64,000 nucleotides of DNA. Source: an uncultured Clostridium sp. (GTDB lineage Bacteria; Bacillota; Clostridia; TANB77; CAG-508). The notes under the pieces are model-generated. The model did no database searches. It had not been told where the DNA came from and saw nothing but the letters and a program-made list of their open reading frames with translations. The position numbers and the translations under genes were made by a program. Positions 27,540-37,723 of this stretch are shown here, piece after piece. Position 1 is the first letter of the stretch, and every line of letters starts with the position of its first letter. Where the stretch lies: assembly GCA_930991035.1 (NCBI GenBank), contig CAKNRV010000001.1, positions 58,705-122,704 of the forward strand, in the 5' to 3' direction.

Positions 27540-30251
27540 TTATTTAGCCTCATACCAATTTTTAGCTTCTGATATTTCTACTTTTAAAGGCACTCTTAGT
27601 TTTGCTGCATTTTCCATTTCTTCTTTTAGGATATTTTTAATTTCTTCTTTCACTTCTTCTTTACATTCTATAATAAGTTCGTCGTGGACTTGTAAAACGA
27701 CCTTCGCATCAAGATTTTCTGTATTTATTCTATTATATACATTTATCATTGCAATTTTCATTATATCTGCTGCTGTTCCTTGAATAGGAGTATTCATAGC
27801 AGCTCTTGCTCCAAATTGCCTTACCATATAATTATTCGAAGAAAGCTCTGGAATATATCTTCTTCTATGGAATAATGTTTCTACATAACCTTTTTCTTTT
27901 GCACCTTCTACAACTGAGCTCATATATCTTTTTATCCCCTTGTATTTGTCCAAATACTGGTCTATATATCTTTTAGCTTGTTTCTTGCTAATTCCCAATT
28001 GTTCTGCTAATCCAAAATCACTTATTCCATATACTATTCCAAAATTTACAGCCTTGGCAGATGTTCTTTGTTCTTTTGTAACTTGGTCAAGTGGTACTTC
28101 AAAAACTTTTGATGCAGCTTGTTTGTGTATGTCTTCATCTTCTATGAATGCTCTTACCATATTTGTATCTTTAGAAGTATGTGCTAAAACTCTTAATTCT
28201 ATTTGAGAATAATCCGCATCAATAAAAATATATCCTTCCGCTGGTTTAAATACTTTTCTTAGCGCCTTTCCTAGCTCATATCTAGTAGGTATATTTTGAA
28301 GATTTGGCTCTGTGCTACTTATTCTTCCAGTTGCAGTAATAGTTTGATGGAAATACGAATGTATACGATTCGTATTTTGGTTTATATATGGTATAAGTCC
28401 TTCTACGTAAGTAGAATTTAGTTTTGTTAAACTCCTATACTCCAATATTTTCTCTATAATTGGATGCTCCGGTTTTAATTTTTCCAAAATGTCTACATCT
28501 GTTGAATATCCATTTTTTGTTTTTTTGTATACTGTTAATTTCAATTTTTCAAAAAGAACCGTACCTAATTGTTGTGTAGAATTAATATTAAATTCTTCTC
28601 CTGCTAATTCATATATTTCCTTTTTTAAAGTCTCCAATTGCTCCTTTAATGAATTACCATATGTTGTCAATTCTTCTTTGTCTACATACATTCCATTTAC
28701 TTGCATTTCTCCAAGTACTTCTACAAGTGGCATTTCTATGGTTTGAAATAGCTTGAATGCACCTACTTCTTTTAATTTTTCTAATGTCGTATTTGCAATT
28801 TCATTTATTAAATATGCCTTAAAGCTATAAACATATTTATTGTTCTCTTTTTCCTCTTCTTGCTGGAATAAATTCAATTGTTTAGCTTTACTTTTTTCCC
28901 CGACATATTTGCTAATATACTCGTCTGTATCTATATTCAAATATAATTTAGCTATACTCTCAAGTGACAGATTACTTGAAGTAGGGTTTAAATCATAAGC
29001 CGCAATTTTTACATCATAATAGATATTCTTTATTTGTACTCCTAAATCCTTTAATATAACATAATCTTCTGAAATGTCATAGCCGATTTTTTTGATTTTT
29101 GTGTTTTCAAAAATATCTTTAAATAATCGTAAAAAGTCTTTTTCTGCAATTCTAATATTATATGATATTTTGTCTTCTTCTATATACACACTTATAGATT
29201 TTATTTCTTTACTGATTATTCTTGTACTATTTATTTGCTGCTTTTCCATAATATACACTAATTTTTTTGTCTTATTTATCTTATCTACAATTGGCTCCAC
29301 ATCTTTAGCAGAAGTTATTGGCTCGATTTTTACAAGCTCAGCTATATCTTTTTCTTGTTGCTCTTCCTGCAAATTAAATCTTTCTATGAATCTATTAAAA
29401 TTAAGCTCCTTAAATTTTTGATATACTCTTTCCTTGTCCCATTCTTGTACTTTAAAATCTGCCATTGTTTGTTCTAATGGAACTTCAACATTTATAGTAC
29501 CTAAGGTTCTAGAAAGAAGTGCTAAATCTTTATTTTCAATCAATTTTTCTCTTAACTTAGGCCTTAGTGTATCTGTATTATTTTCAATTGCCTCATATAG
29601 CCCATCAATTGTTTTATATTTTTTTACTAATTCTAAAGCTGTCTTTTCACCAACGCCAGGCACTCCAGGTATATTGTCAGAGTTATCCCCCATTAAACCT
29701 TTTACTTCTATTAAATCTTTAGGCTTAAGTCCATATTTTTCAAATATTTCTTTTTCTCCAAAAGTTTCCACCTCTGTTTTTCCTGCTTTTGTATGCGGAA
29801 TCCTAACAGATATTTTCTGAGTTATAAGCTGGAATGTGTCCCTATCACCAGAAACAATTGTAACATTGTTCTTTTCCTCTTCGCCTTTTCTTGCCAATGT
29901 ACCTAAAATGTCATCCGCTTCATACCCTTCTTTTTCAATAACAGTAATATGCATCCTTTCTAATATATCTTTTAAAATAGGCATTTGCTCTGCAAGCTCG
30001 TTTGGCATACCTTGCCTTGTTGCCTTGTAGCCTTCATATAATTTGTGTCTTGCAGTTGGAGTTTTTAAATCAAATGCTACTGCTATATATTTTGGGGTTA
30101 GCTCTTCCATTACTTTAAAAAGTATAGATAAAAATCCGTAAACAGCATTTGTATACTTTCCATCCGGTGTTGTAAGCATACGATTACTAAGTATTCCATA
30201 AAAAGCTCTATTTAATATACTATTTCCATCTATTAAAACTAATTTAGCCAT
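27540..30251 (-). CDS. polA: DNA polymerase I
   Basis: 903 aa with an N-terminal 5'-3' exonuclease domain and Pol A motifs DYSQIELRVLAH, ...RTSAKAVNFGIVYG... and QVHDELI. Confidence 0.95.
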   Translation of the reverse strand: MAKLVLIDGNSILNRAFYGILSNRMLTTPDGKYTNAVYGFLSILFKVMEELTPKYIAVAFDLKTPTARHKLYEGYKATRQGMPNELAEQMPILKDILERMHITVIEKEGYEADDILGTLARKGEEEKNNVTIVSGDRDTFQLITQKISVRIPHTKAGKTEVETFGEKEIFEKYGLKPKDLIEVKGLMGDNSDNIPGVPGVGEKTALELVKKYKTIDGLYEAIENNTDTLRPKLREKLIENKDLALLSRTLGTINVEVPLEQTMADFKVQEWDKERVYQKFKELNFNRFIERFNLQEEQQEKDIAELVKIEPITSAKDVEPIVDKINKTKKLVYIMEKQQINSTRIISKEIKSISVYIEEDKISYNIRIAEKDFLRLFKDIFENTKIKKIGYDISEDYVILKDLGVQIKNIYYDVKIAAYDLNPTSSNLSLESIAKLYLNIDTDEYISKYVGEKSKAKQLNLFQQEEEKENNKYVYSFKAYLINEIANTTLEKLKEVGAFKLFQTIEMPLVEVLGEMQVNGMYVDKEELTTYGNSLKEQLETLKKEIYELAGEEFNINSTQQLGTVLFEKLKLTVYKKTKNGYSTDVDILEKLKPEHPIIEKILEYRSLTKLNSTYVEGLIPYINQNTNRIHSYFHQTITATGRISSTEPNLQNIPTRYELGKALRKVFKPAEGYIFIDADYSQIELRVLAHTSKDTNMVRAFIEDEDIHKQAASKVFEVPLDQVTKEQRTSAKAVNFGIVYGISDFGLAEQLGISKKQAKRYIDQYLDKYKGIKRYMSSVVEGAKEKGYVETLFHRRRYIPELSSNNYMVRQFGARAAMNTPIQGTAADIMKIAMINVYNRINTENLDAKVVLQVHDELIIECKEEVKEEIKNILKEEMENAAKLRVPLKVEISEAKNWYEAK

Positions 30252-30501
30252 TTTTGTCCTCTCTTTCTTTATCCTTCTCTATCTGTTTCCTGTACCTATC
30301 CTCCTCTCCATAGCTTGAATATGACCACAAAAATTATATATATTTTTTTGAGCAAACACTATGTAAATTCAAACTTTTTTGAGAAAAGTGTTTTTTTATT
30401 TTTTAAATTTTTTCATATAATAATATACCATATTTTTTAATTTTTGACTACCTATTTTTCTTATATATGGAAAAAAGATATTACTTTAATCTGTAATATC
30501 T

Positions 30502-32199
30502 TTAACCCGTTTTATCTATTTCTATTCCATTATGTACTTTTATATATTCAATAGCTGTTTTATATTCATCTTCATAATTAAATTTTATTGTTACTTTATT
30601 ACCTTCGTGAACAAAAATATTATCAATTAGTTCGTCAATTATTTCTCTTGAAAGTTCTGTTATATTTTTATACTTTTTAAATTTATCTATCCAATCATTA
30701 TTTGTTTTTACTGCCTCACATTCCATAAGTTCTTCTTTTAAATATAAAATTTGTTCATCTAATTTTGCTAATTTATTACTATAACTTCTGTTATATTCGT
30801 AATAATCACTTTCTTCGATTATTCCTAATTTCCAATCTTCATAACAAGCCCTTTTTAGCTTTCTTTGTTTTTCATATTCTATTTCTTGTTTTTCTAAACT
30901 CTTTTTTAAACTTTCTTTTCTAAAATTTACTTGTTTCATATTGGAAATTTCTTTTACTATTTTATCTATATCAACAACAAGTGATATTTGTAACTTTACT
31001 GCATTAAAAACCGCCTCATATAATATGTCATCCCTTATTGCGTGTTTCGTACATAAATCTTTTGACTTTCTGCAATAAGTAGAACAAGCATAATGATAAT
31101 GTGGTCTAGGTTTTCCCTTATATTTTGAGCCTACTCTTTTAGTCATTGACATCTTACAGTCTGCACATTTTATATGCCCTGCATATAATGATAATTTTCC
31201 GTTTTTATCTGCTCTGGTATCTCTATCTAATAAAGCCTGTTGAACTTTGGCAAAAGTGTTTCTATCTATTATAGGTTCGTGCATATCTTTTACAATTATC
31301 CATTCTTCTTTTGGATTTTTTATATGCTTATGTACTTTATAACTTATTATCTTACCTTTGTTTTGTACTACATCTCCACAATATACTTGATTTTTTAATA
31401 TACTTAAAATTGTAGTCGGATCCCATAGATATGCTAATTCTTCTGTATTTTCTCTTTTAAATTTAAAGTTTTGATTTAAAACTTTATTCCTATATCCTAA
31501 TGGATTCAGTATTCCTTTTGCATTTAATTCTTTTGCTATTCTTGTTCTTCCATAACCTTTTATTACCATTTCAAATATTTCTTTAACTACTTTTGCTGGT
31601 TTTTCATCAATTACTAAATGATGAACATCATTATCATCTTTTTTATATCCATAAGGCGTTAATGCTCCTACATATTCTCCATTTCTTTTTTTCACATTTA
31701 AAATTGCTCTAATTTTCCCTGATAAGTCCCTACAATATTCGTCATTTATTAAATTTTTAAATGGTACAATAACATTATTTACAGACTTTGGGTCTTTATA
31801 ACTATCTATATTATCATTTACTGCTATAAATCTTATATTAAACAAAGGAAATATTTGCTCAATATAGTTACCTACCTCAATATAATTTCTTCCTAATCTT
31901 GATAAATCTTTGACAATAATAGTATTAAATTTTTTTAATTTCATATCTGCTAGCATTCTTTGAAATTCTGGTCTGTTAAAACTTGTCCCTGAATATCCGT
32001 CATCTGCATAATAATCATATACTGATAATTCCATATTCTGTTTTACAAAGTCATTTAATAATTGTCTTTGATTACTTATACTATTACTTTCTTCTTTGTC
32101 ATCTCCATCTTCAACAGATAATCTAATATATATAGCACATAACCATTTATTATCTTCTTCTATTTTATTTTCAATATTATATCTTGATTTTCTAGGCAA
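30502..32199 (-). CDS. Large serine recombinase (integrase) 1
   Basis: 565 aa. Resolvase catalytic domain YIRLSVED...DDGYSG...VKDLSRLGRN, a recombinase domain, a Cys-rich zinc ribbon (CADCKMSM...C) and a C-terminal coiled coil. Confidence 0.9.
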   Translation of the reverse strand: MPRKSRYNIENKIEEDNKWLCAIYIRLSVEDGDDKEESNSISNQRQLLNDFVKQNMELSVYDYYADDGYSGTSFNRPEFQRMLADMKLKKFNTIIVKDLSRLGRNYIEVGNYIEQIFPLFNIRFIAVNDNIDSYKDPKSVNNVIVPFKNLINDEYCRDLSGKIRAILNVKKRNGEYVGALTPYGYKKDDNDVHHLVIDEKPAKVVKEIFEMVIKGYGRTRIAKELNAKGILNPLGYRNKVLNQNFKFKRENTEELAYLWDPTTILSILKNQVYCGDVVQNKGKIISYKVHKHIKNPKEEWIIVKDMHEPIIDRNTFAKVQQALLDRDTRADKNGKLSLYAGHIKCADCKMSMTKRVGSKYKGKPRPHYHYACSTYCRKSKDLCTKHAIRDDILYEAVFNAVKLQISLVVDIDKIVKEISNMKQVNFRKESLKKSLEKQEIEYEKQRKLKRACYEDWKLGIIEESDYYEYNRSYSNKLAKLDEQILYLKEELMECEAVKTNNDWIDKFKKYKNITELSREIIDELIDNIFVHEGNKVTIKFNYEDEYKTAIEYIKVHNGIEIDKTG

Positions 32200-32228
32200 C
32201 TATTTTTCCTCCTTTCGTAAATGAAATA

Positions 32229-33932
32229 TTAGTTATTGTGAATTTTTTTTATTGTTTTTTCTTTTAATAAATCTAATGTTTTTTTAAATTCATCTTCATA
32301 CTTAAACTTTATAGAAATTTTATTATTTTCATATACATATATTGTGTCAATTAAACTTTCCATAATCTCTGATGTTATTTCATTGATATTTTTATATTTT
32401 ACATAGCTTTTAATCCAATTATTATTTATATCTTTTGAAAGTTCTTTTTGTTGTTCTTTTAATCTTTGTAATTTATTTTGTATTTCAGTTGTTTCAATAT
32501 TATATATTTGCACATATTCTTGATAATCTTTTTGATTTATTTTTCCTAATTTCCAATCCTCATAAACAGATTTCTTTAACACTTTTCTTTTCAGAAGTTC
32601 TCTTTCTTGCTTTTCTATTTGCTTTTGTATTTTTTCCTTTTCTGCTTTTGAACTGTTATTTTGTTTTATCTCCTGTATTACCTTATCTATTTCAATACAT
32701 AAATTTATTTGAAGTTTTATTGTTTCTAATACACTTTCCTTTAAGAGTTCTTCTTTTATATAATGCTCTGTGCATAATTTTTTTGACCTAGTTTTATATG
32801 TAGAACAATAATAACTATTCTTTTTAATACCATTTTTGAGTTTATAGCTTGATTTATTCATTGACATTTTACAGTCTGCACATTTTAAATATCCTGCAAA
32901 TATTGACTTTTCTTCTTTATCATATTGTCTTTTTCCTCTTTTTCTACTTTTCAATATTTCCTGTACCTTATTAAAAGTTTCTCTATCAATTATTGCCTCG
33001 TGTGTATTTTTTATAATTATCCATTCATCTTTTTCTTTATATATCTTTTTATGATTTTTATAACTTGAATATGTAGTTTTACCTTGTATTAAATCTCCAC
33101 AATATACTTGATTATTTAATATTTGTAATACACTTCTTGTTTCCCAACATTTTTTTATTTCTTCTTTTACTTTTTCTTTTATTGTGTGTCCACATTTTTT
33201 ATTTTGTTTTTTTCTTTTATATTGGAGAGGATTGATTATTCTTTTATCATTTAATATATGTGTTATGCTCTTTACTGCATTTCCCTCTATTGCTAAATCA
33301 AATATTTTTTTAACTACTTTCGCTGATTCCTCATCTATTATTAAATGATTATGATTTTTTTCATCTTTTTTATATCCATATGGAGCGAAACTCCCAACAA
33401 ATTCTCCATTTTTTCTTTTAGTTTCAAATGCTGTTTTTATCTTTTTAGATAAATCTTTTGAATATGACTCATTTATTAAATTTTTTAATGAAACATTTAT
33501 ATTTTCAACTGTTTCTGGTTTTAAATAACTGTCAATATCTTCGTTTACTGCTATAAATCTCACATTGAGAAAAGGGAATATTTGCTCAATATAATTACCA
33601 ACTTCAATAAAATTTCTTCCTAATCTTGATAAATCTTTAACTATAATAGTATTTATCTTTTCATTCTTTACATCATTTAATAATCTTTGAAAATCTGGTC
33701 TATTAGAGTTTGTTCCAGAATACCCATCATCTATGTAGTAATCATATATCTGTATTTCAGAATTATTTTTTATAAATTCATTTAACAGTTGTTTTTGATT
33801 ACTTACACTGTTACTTTCTTCTTTATCATTTCTATCTTCTACTGATAGCCTTACATATATTCCTGCAATCCATTTTTTAATTATTGAATTTTCTTTGTAA
33901 ACTTGGAATTTACTTTTTCTCCCTCTCTTCAT
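32229..33932 (-). CDS. Large serine recombinase (integrase) 2, paralog of the downstream one
   Basis: 567 aa with YVRLSVED...DDGYSG...VKDLSRLGRN and CADCKMSM. Same architecture. Confidence 0.9.
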   Translation of the reverse strand: MKRGRKSKFQVYKENSIIKKWIAGIYVRLSVEDRNDKEESNSVSNQKQLLNEFIKNNSEIQIYDYYIDDGYSGTNSNRPDFQRLLNDVKNEKINTIIVKDLSRLGRNFIEVGNYIEQIFPFLNVRFIAVNEDIDSYLKPETVENINVSLKNLINESYSKDLSKKIKTAFETKRKNGEFVGSFAPYGYKKDEKNHNHLIIDEESAKVVKKIFDLAIEGNAVKSITHILNDKRIINPLQYKRKKQNKKCGHTIKEKVKEEIKKCWETRSVLQILNNQVYCGDLIQGKTTYSSYKNHKKIYKEKDEWIIIKNTHEAIIDRETFNKVQEILKSRKRGKRQYDKEEKSIFAGYLKCADCKMSMNKSSYKLKNGIKKNSYYCSTYKTRSKKLCTEHYIKEELLKESVLETIKLQINLCIEIDKVIQEIKQNNSSKAEKEKIQKQIEKQERELLKRKVLKKSVYEDWKLGKINQKDYQEYVQIYNIETTEIQNKLQRLKEQQKELSKDINNNWIKSYVKYKNINEITSEIMESLIDTIYVYENNKISIKFKYEDEFKKTLDLLKEKTIKKIHNN

Positions 33933-34017
33933 TTTTCTGCTCCTTTTATTGAAAAAATTTTATAACCTTTCAATAAAATTGTGAAATGTGTAAATTACTT
34001 TTTTTACACATTTGACA

Positions 34018-34311
34018 TTAGCAATTATTTAAGTATAAATTTTTCATTGCGTTATTTATGCAAGTACTAGCATTTAGTTTAGAATTATTTGTAAATTCCA
34101 TTTTTACTATTGTTTCATTTACTTTTATTACATAAGGATTTGAAGTTGAACGCAAAAAAGCAAGTATTCGTTCCATACTTGTTTTGTTTCTATCTATTTT
34201 TATATTTTTTATATCTGTAATATTTTCTATGTCTATATTTTCAATATCTGTATTTTGGCAAGCCATTACCCTCTTTTCTAATTCCTCTAATTTATTAACT
34301 CTTTTTATCAC
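34018..34311 (-). CDS. Hypothetical 97-aa element protein
   Basis: ORF overlapping the upstream gene by 4 nt. No motif recognised. Confidence 0.45.
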   Translation of the reverse strand: MIKRVNKLEELEKRVMACQNTDIENIDIENITDIKNIKIDRNKTSMERILAFLRSTSNPYVIKVNETIVKMEFTNNSKLNASTCINNAMKNLYLNNC

Positions 34312-34733
34312 TTGTTCTCCTCCTCTTTTGTATGTTCTGCTAATTCTGGGAACATTCTTGTTAGTATTACCTCTGCCTCTTTTATTACTCTTCTTGGGTG
34401 GTGTGAATGTAATTCTTTCAAAAATTCTTTTACTATTTTTTCTTCCGTTATATTTTCTTCTCTGTTTAAAAGTACATAAAATATACAGGTTGCATAAGAT
34501 AAAAAATCATCACTATTTAAAATCCAATTAAAATTTATCCTTTTCAGCAAGTTAATATCTACATCTTTTATTTCGGTTGTATCAATATTTTCCTTTGCTG
34601 TTTCTAATATATTTTTTAATAAATCTGCTAAACCTTTCTTTTGACTTTCTTCATTATATTTTCTATAACCTAAAATATAGTAAGCTACTACTTCTTGAAT
34701 AGCATATTCTTTATTTCTAATATCTTTTTTCAT
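34308..34733 (-). CDS. Hypothetical 141-aa element protein
   Basis: ORF with an upstream AGGAGGA. No motif recognised. Confidence 0.5.
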   Translation of the reverse strand: MKKDIRNKEYAIQEVVAYYILGYRKYNEESQKKGLADLLKNILETAKENIDTTEIKDVDINLLKRINFNWILNSDDFLSYATCIFYVLLNREENITEEKIVKEFLKELHSHHPRRVIKEAEVILTRMFPELAEHTKEEENK

Positions 34734-34763
34734 AAACTTTTCCTCCTAACAAAAAAACAAGCC

Positions 34764-35678
34764 CTATCTGGACTCGTTATCTTTATTTTTTATTTTCTTT
34801 TTGCTTTGTGCAATTCTCTTTCTTCTTTCAGCTTGTGCTAATTTATTTATGTCTTTTACTATTTCCTTGTTCATATCATTTAAAAAATCAAATAAATTTT
34901 GTAATTTTCCATCTTGTACTGTTATAACTTTTGCTCCATTATCTTTTATTTGGTCTAAAAATATCTTTGTAGTTGTAAAATCTTCTCTGACAAGTTGTCC
35001 TAAATTTTCTACTATTACTCCATTTATTTTGCCAATACTAATATCATTTAAAAGTTTTTGTAATGATATTCTTCCCTCTACTTTACCTGAAAAGCCTTCA
35101 TCTATATAAATTTCAGCCACATTGTAATCACTTTTTCTTGCTAATTCCAATAAGTCTTTTACTTTATCATTTACTTCTATATTTACTAAAAACTTATCTT
35201 TTGTTCCACTTCGTACATATATCCCATAATTATTTTTACTTTCTTTTTCATTTGTATCATTAATCTTTATTGTTCTATTATTTTGATATACCTTAAAATA
35301 TTCTGGGTATCTTATTTTTAAAGCCTCTACAAAGTATGGTGCATAACTACAACAAAATATTTCGCTCGGATTATAATATTCTGATACTTTTCCTTTTTTT
35401 CTATCTTCATTGCTATCATAGTTACATCTATTCCATAAACTAAATGCCATTCTTGTAACCTTTTCACTTGTTCCTGTTTGAAAAGCACCATTTACAGAAT
35501 CAATATTTATTTCTCCATTTTCAATACTAAATATTTTATTAAAATTACTTCTTGTTGTTTCACATATTCCTAATGTATAAACTATTGATTTATAATATAC
35601 ATCTGTTTTTCCATATTTTTGCATTATTAAATTCTTTTCTTCCCAGAATTTTTCGTGTTCATCATCTACAAACTCCAT
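34764..35678 (-). CDS. Two-part protein: an unknown N-terminal domain plus a degenerate serine-recombinase (resolvase-like) catalytic domain
   Basis: The C-terminal half aligns with the neighbouring recombinases but has altered catalytic positions: IYVRSG versus IYIRLS, DEGFSGK versus DDGYSGT, VENLGQLVRE versus VKDLSRLGRN. The start at 35678 (MEFVDDEHEKF) follows AAAGGAG. Confidence 0.6.
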   Translation of the reverse strand: MEFVDDEHEKFWEEKNLIMQKYGKTDVYYKSIVYTLGICETTRSNFNKIFSIENGEINIDSVNGAFQTGTSEKVTRMAFSLWNRCNYDSNEDRKKGKVSEYYNPSEIFCCSYAPYFVEALKIRYPEYFKVYQNNRTIKINDTNEKESKNNYGIYVRSGTKDKFLVNIEVNDKVKDLLELARKSDYNVAEIYIDEGFSGKVEGRISLQKLLNDISIGKINGVIVENLGQLVREDFTTTKIFLDQIKDNGAKVITVQDGKLQNLFDFLNDMNKEIVKDINKLAQAERRKRIAQSKKKIKNKDNESR

Positions 35679-36039
35679 ATTTGCTCCTTTCCTGTAAATC
35701 AATGGCTATTTTTAAAGCATTATTTACAGACTTTATATATTTTTTAGGTAATTTATCTATAAAATTGATTAGTCGCCTTTTGTCTATAATCTTTATCTGT
35801 TCTGCCATTATTGTTGCCTCATACTTCATTTTTCCAAAAGGTTTTATTTTAATATGCGTAGGAATATAAAGTCTTTGTTCAACTCTTTTGGTTATTGGAA
35901 GAACTATTGTAGTTGGACTATGCTTATTTCCTAAATCATTTTGAATAATTAAAACTGGTCTTGTTCCTCTTTCTTCACTTCCTACTGTATGTCCTAAATT
36001 TGCTAAATATATTTCATTTCTTCTAATTTTGTTGTTCAT
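35662..36039 (-). CDS. PemK/MazF-family endoribonuclease toxin
   Basis: 125 aa. RNEIYLANLGHTVGSEERGTRPVLIIQND...PTTIVLPITK is typical of PemK/MazF. Strong AGGAGG RBS. Confidence 0.8.
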   Translation of the reverse strand: MNNKIRRNEIYLANLGHTVGSEERGTRPVLIIQNDLGNKHSPTTIVLPITKRVEQRLYIPTHIKIKPFGKMKYEATIMAEQIKIIDKRRLINFIDKLPKKYIKSVNNALKIAIDLQERSKYGVCR

Positions 36040-36199
36040 CTCTTTTCCTCCTGCTTTTGTATTTTTTCAAATATTCCATTTGCTCTCTATCTTCAATTTC
36101 TTGTTCCTCTGCTGTTTTTGACATATTTGCTCCTAATAGAACTAAATACATTAAAACAGCAATTATAATCATATCTATCAATAAAATTTTTAAAATCAT
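36023..36199 (-). CDS. Possible 58-aa small membrane protein overlapping the mazF-like start (below the ORF-track cutoff)
   Basis: Manual translation gives MILKILLIDMIIIAVLMYLVLLGANMSKTAEEQEIEDREQMEYLKKYKSRRKRDEQQN. Weak RBS. It does not resemble MazE/AbrB antitoxins. Confidence 0.3.
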   Translation of the reverse strand: MILKILLIDMIIIAVLMYLVLLGANMSKTAEEQEIEDREQMEYLKKYKSRRKRDEQQN

Positions 36200-36677
36200 T
36201 TTCTTTATTTCCTTTCAAATATGTTATAAGAACTCTAAAATGGTTTTGGAAACATATTGATAAATACTGCTACCTTATTTTTAGAGTTCTTATTGTTTCA
36301 TTTATACCTTTTTATAATTCATTAGACAGATGTTTTGCTTACATCTTCATAGGTAGTATTCGGCATACTCCTGTCCGTTTCCAACCGACTTGTACTCAAT
36401 GCGTGGGACGCTCTTAACGCTCGTTCTATGACTATACAAAAGTTTCTTTCCTTTTACACTTTTTCTTCGCCTTATTAGTTGCAAGCTAATATTTAAGTAA
36501 TGTAATATTACTAGCTCAAAGTAATCAAAGGACTGTATCTAATGAATTTTTATTCATTTTTCAATGTGCTGATATAATTTCTTTTTTAAGAAAAACATTA
36601 CGAGAATTACCCTCTCGCTTTAAACAGCACTTGAAAAATGAAAAGGTTATGTTTTTATTTAAAATTTTTTAATTTTT

Positions 36678-36890
36678 TTATTTTGCTAATTTATCTGCAA
36701 AATTGTCTTTCTTTATAACACTTATTGCATACTCTATTAAATGACTTTTCAAGTCTTGGTCTATTTCATTATTTTCATTTTTTGAATATTTATCAATTAG
36801 AGGCATTATTTTATTTACAACTAGGATCATTGATACTTCATCACTTTTTGCTTTTACTAATAACTCATAAAATTTTGTTTTATTTTTCAT
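36678..36890 (-). CDS. Small 70-aa helical protein downstream of the element sigma factor
   Basis: ORF overlapping the sigma gene by 11 nt. This pairing is common in Firmicute conjugative elements. No motif claimed. Confidence 0.45.
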   Translation of the reverse strand: MKNKTKFYELLVKAKSDEVSMILVVNKIMPLIDKYSKNENNEIDQDLKSHLIEYAISVIKKDNFADKLAK

Positions 36891-37314
36891 TTTTACCCTC
36901 CAAATAATCTTTTAATTTACTAATTGCTCTCAATTTTAACTGTTTTACTGCGTTCTCATTCATATTCATTTCTTCAGCAATTACTTTTATTTTTTTGTTT
37001 TTGTAATAATAAAGAAGAATTACCTTTTTCTGCTTTTCAGTCAGTTTTTCTATTGCCATTTTTAAATCTTTACTTTTTTTATTTTCATCACTAAAAAAAG
37101 AATGGTCAGTATTATCCTTATTTGATAAAACTTTCCATTCTTCGTTAGACACAAATATTTCCTTTTCTAATAAATATTTTTTGTGCCTTAAATAATTTAT
37201 TCTTCTATTCAAAAGTGCTTTTCTCATATAGTTTATATATCTCGCAAATACAATATCATCTGCAAACTCATTTTCTTGATATACATTTTCTTCTTCAAAA
37301 TCCTCTCTTTTCAT
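36880..37314 (-). CDS. Element-encoded sigma-70 family factor (region 4 HTH type)
   Basis: 144 aa. The C-terminal KQKKVILLYYYKNKKIKVIAEEMNMNENAVKQLKLRAISKLK is a sigma region 4 HTH. Confidence 0.65.
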   Translation of the reverse strand: MKREDFEEENVYQENEFADDIVFARYINYMRKALLNRRINYLRHKKYLLEKEIFVSNEEWKVLSNKDNTDHSFFSDENKKSKDLKMAIEKLTEKQKKVILLYYYKNKKIKVIAEEMNMNENAVKQLKLRAISKLKDYLEGKNEK

Positions 37315-37595
37315 TTTTTTATCTCTCCAATTCTTGTAAATTGGACAAAATCAAAAATTAAAGAAAGTCATTTTTTGAAAATCACTATTCTTTGTTTTTA
37401 TTTCTTATTTAATATTATCCATTCATACTAAAAACCTCCAATTTTTAAAGTCTGCACAATTAAGCTCCATATATTTTTTTATTTTTTTCTTTCGGATATT
37501 ACTTTATTTCTATTGTGTGTAAAAAATAACTTCCCTTAATTTTACAGACTTTTGTCCTGACAATAACATACAACTTTTTGTATTTACTGTCAGGA

Positions 37596-37629
37596 AATCG
37601 TAAAAAATCGTAAAAAATACGAAAAAATC
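37596..37629. repeat. About 3.5 tandem copies of a 10-bp unit (aatcgtaaaa) in the divergent promoter region
   Basis: Read directly: aatcgtaaaa aatcgtaaaa aatacgaaaa aatc. Confidence 0.7.
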
Positions 37630-37723
37630 AGCATATTTTGTCGAATTGTATGGTTATATATCCAATGGTTGTTTATTCCATTTTATGGTAAAATTTGTAT
37701 ATCATTATTTTGAGGGAGTTACT

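Noticed and set aside
30340-30400. Inverted repeat aaacact...agtgttt between polA and the first recombinase, considered as the ICE att site
   Set aside because: It is only 7 bp, in AT-rich DNA. Without the other element end or an empty site it cannot be distinguished from a terminator or from chance.
36300-36440. Group II intron 3' fragment (domain V/VI) as an explanation of the GC-rich non-coding core
   Set aside because: I could not find the domain V consensus (AGC...GAAA...paired stem), a GUGYG 5' end, or any reverse-transcriptase ORF nearby. It is kept only as unexplained non-coding sequence.
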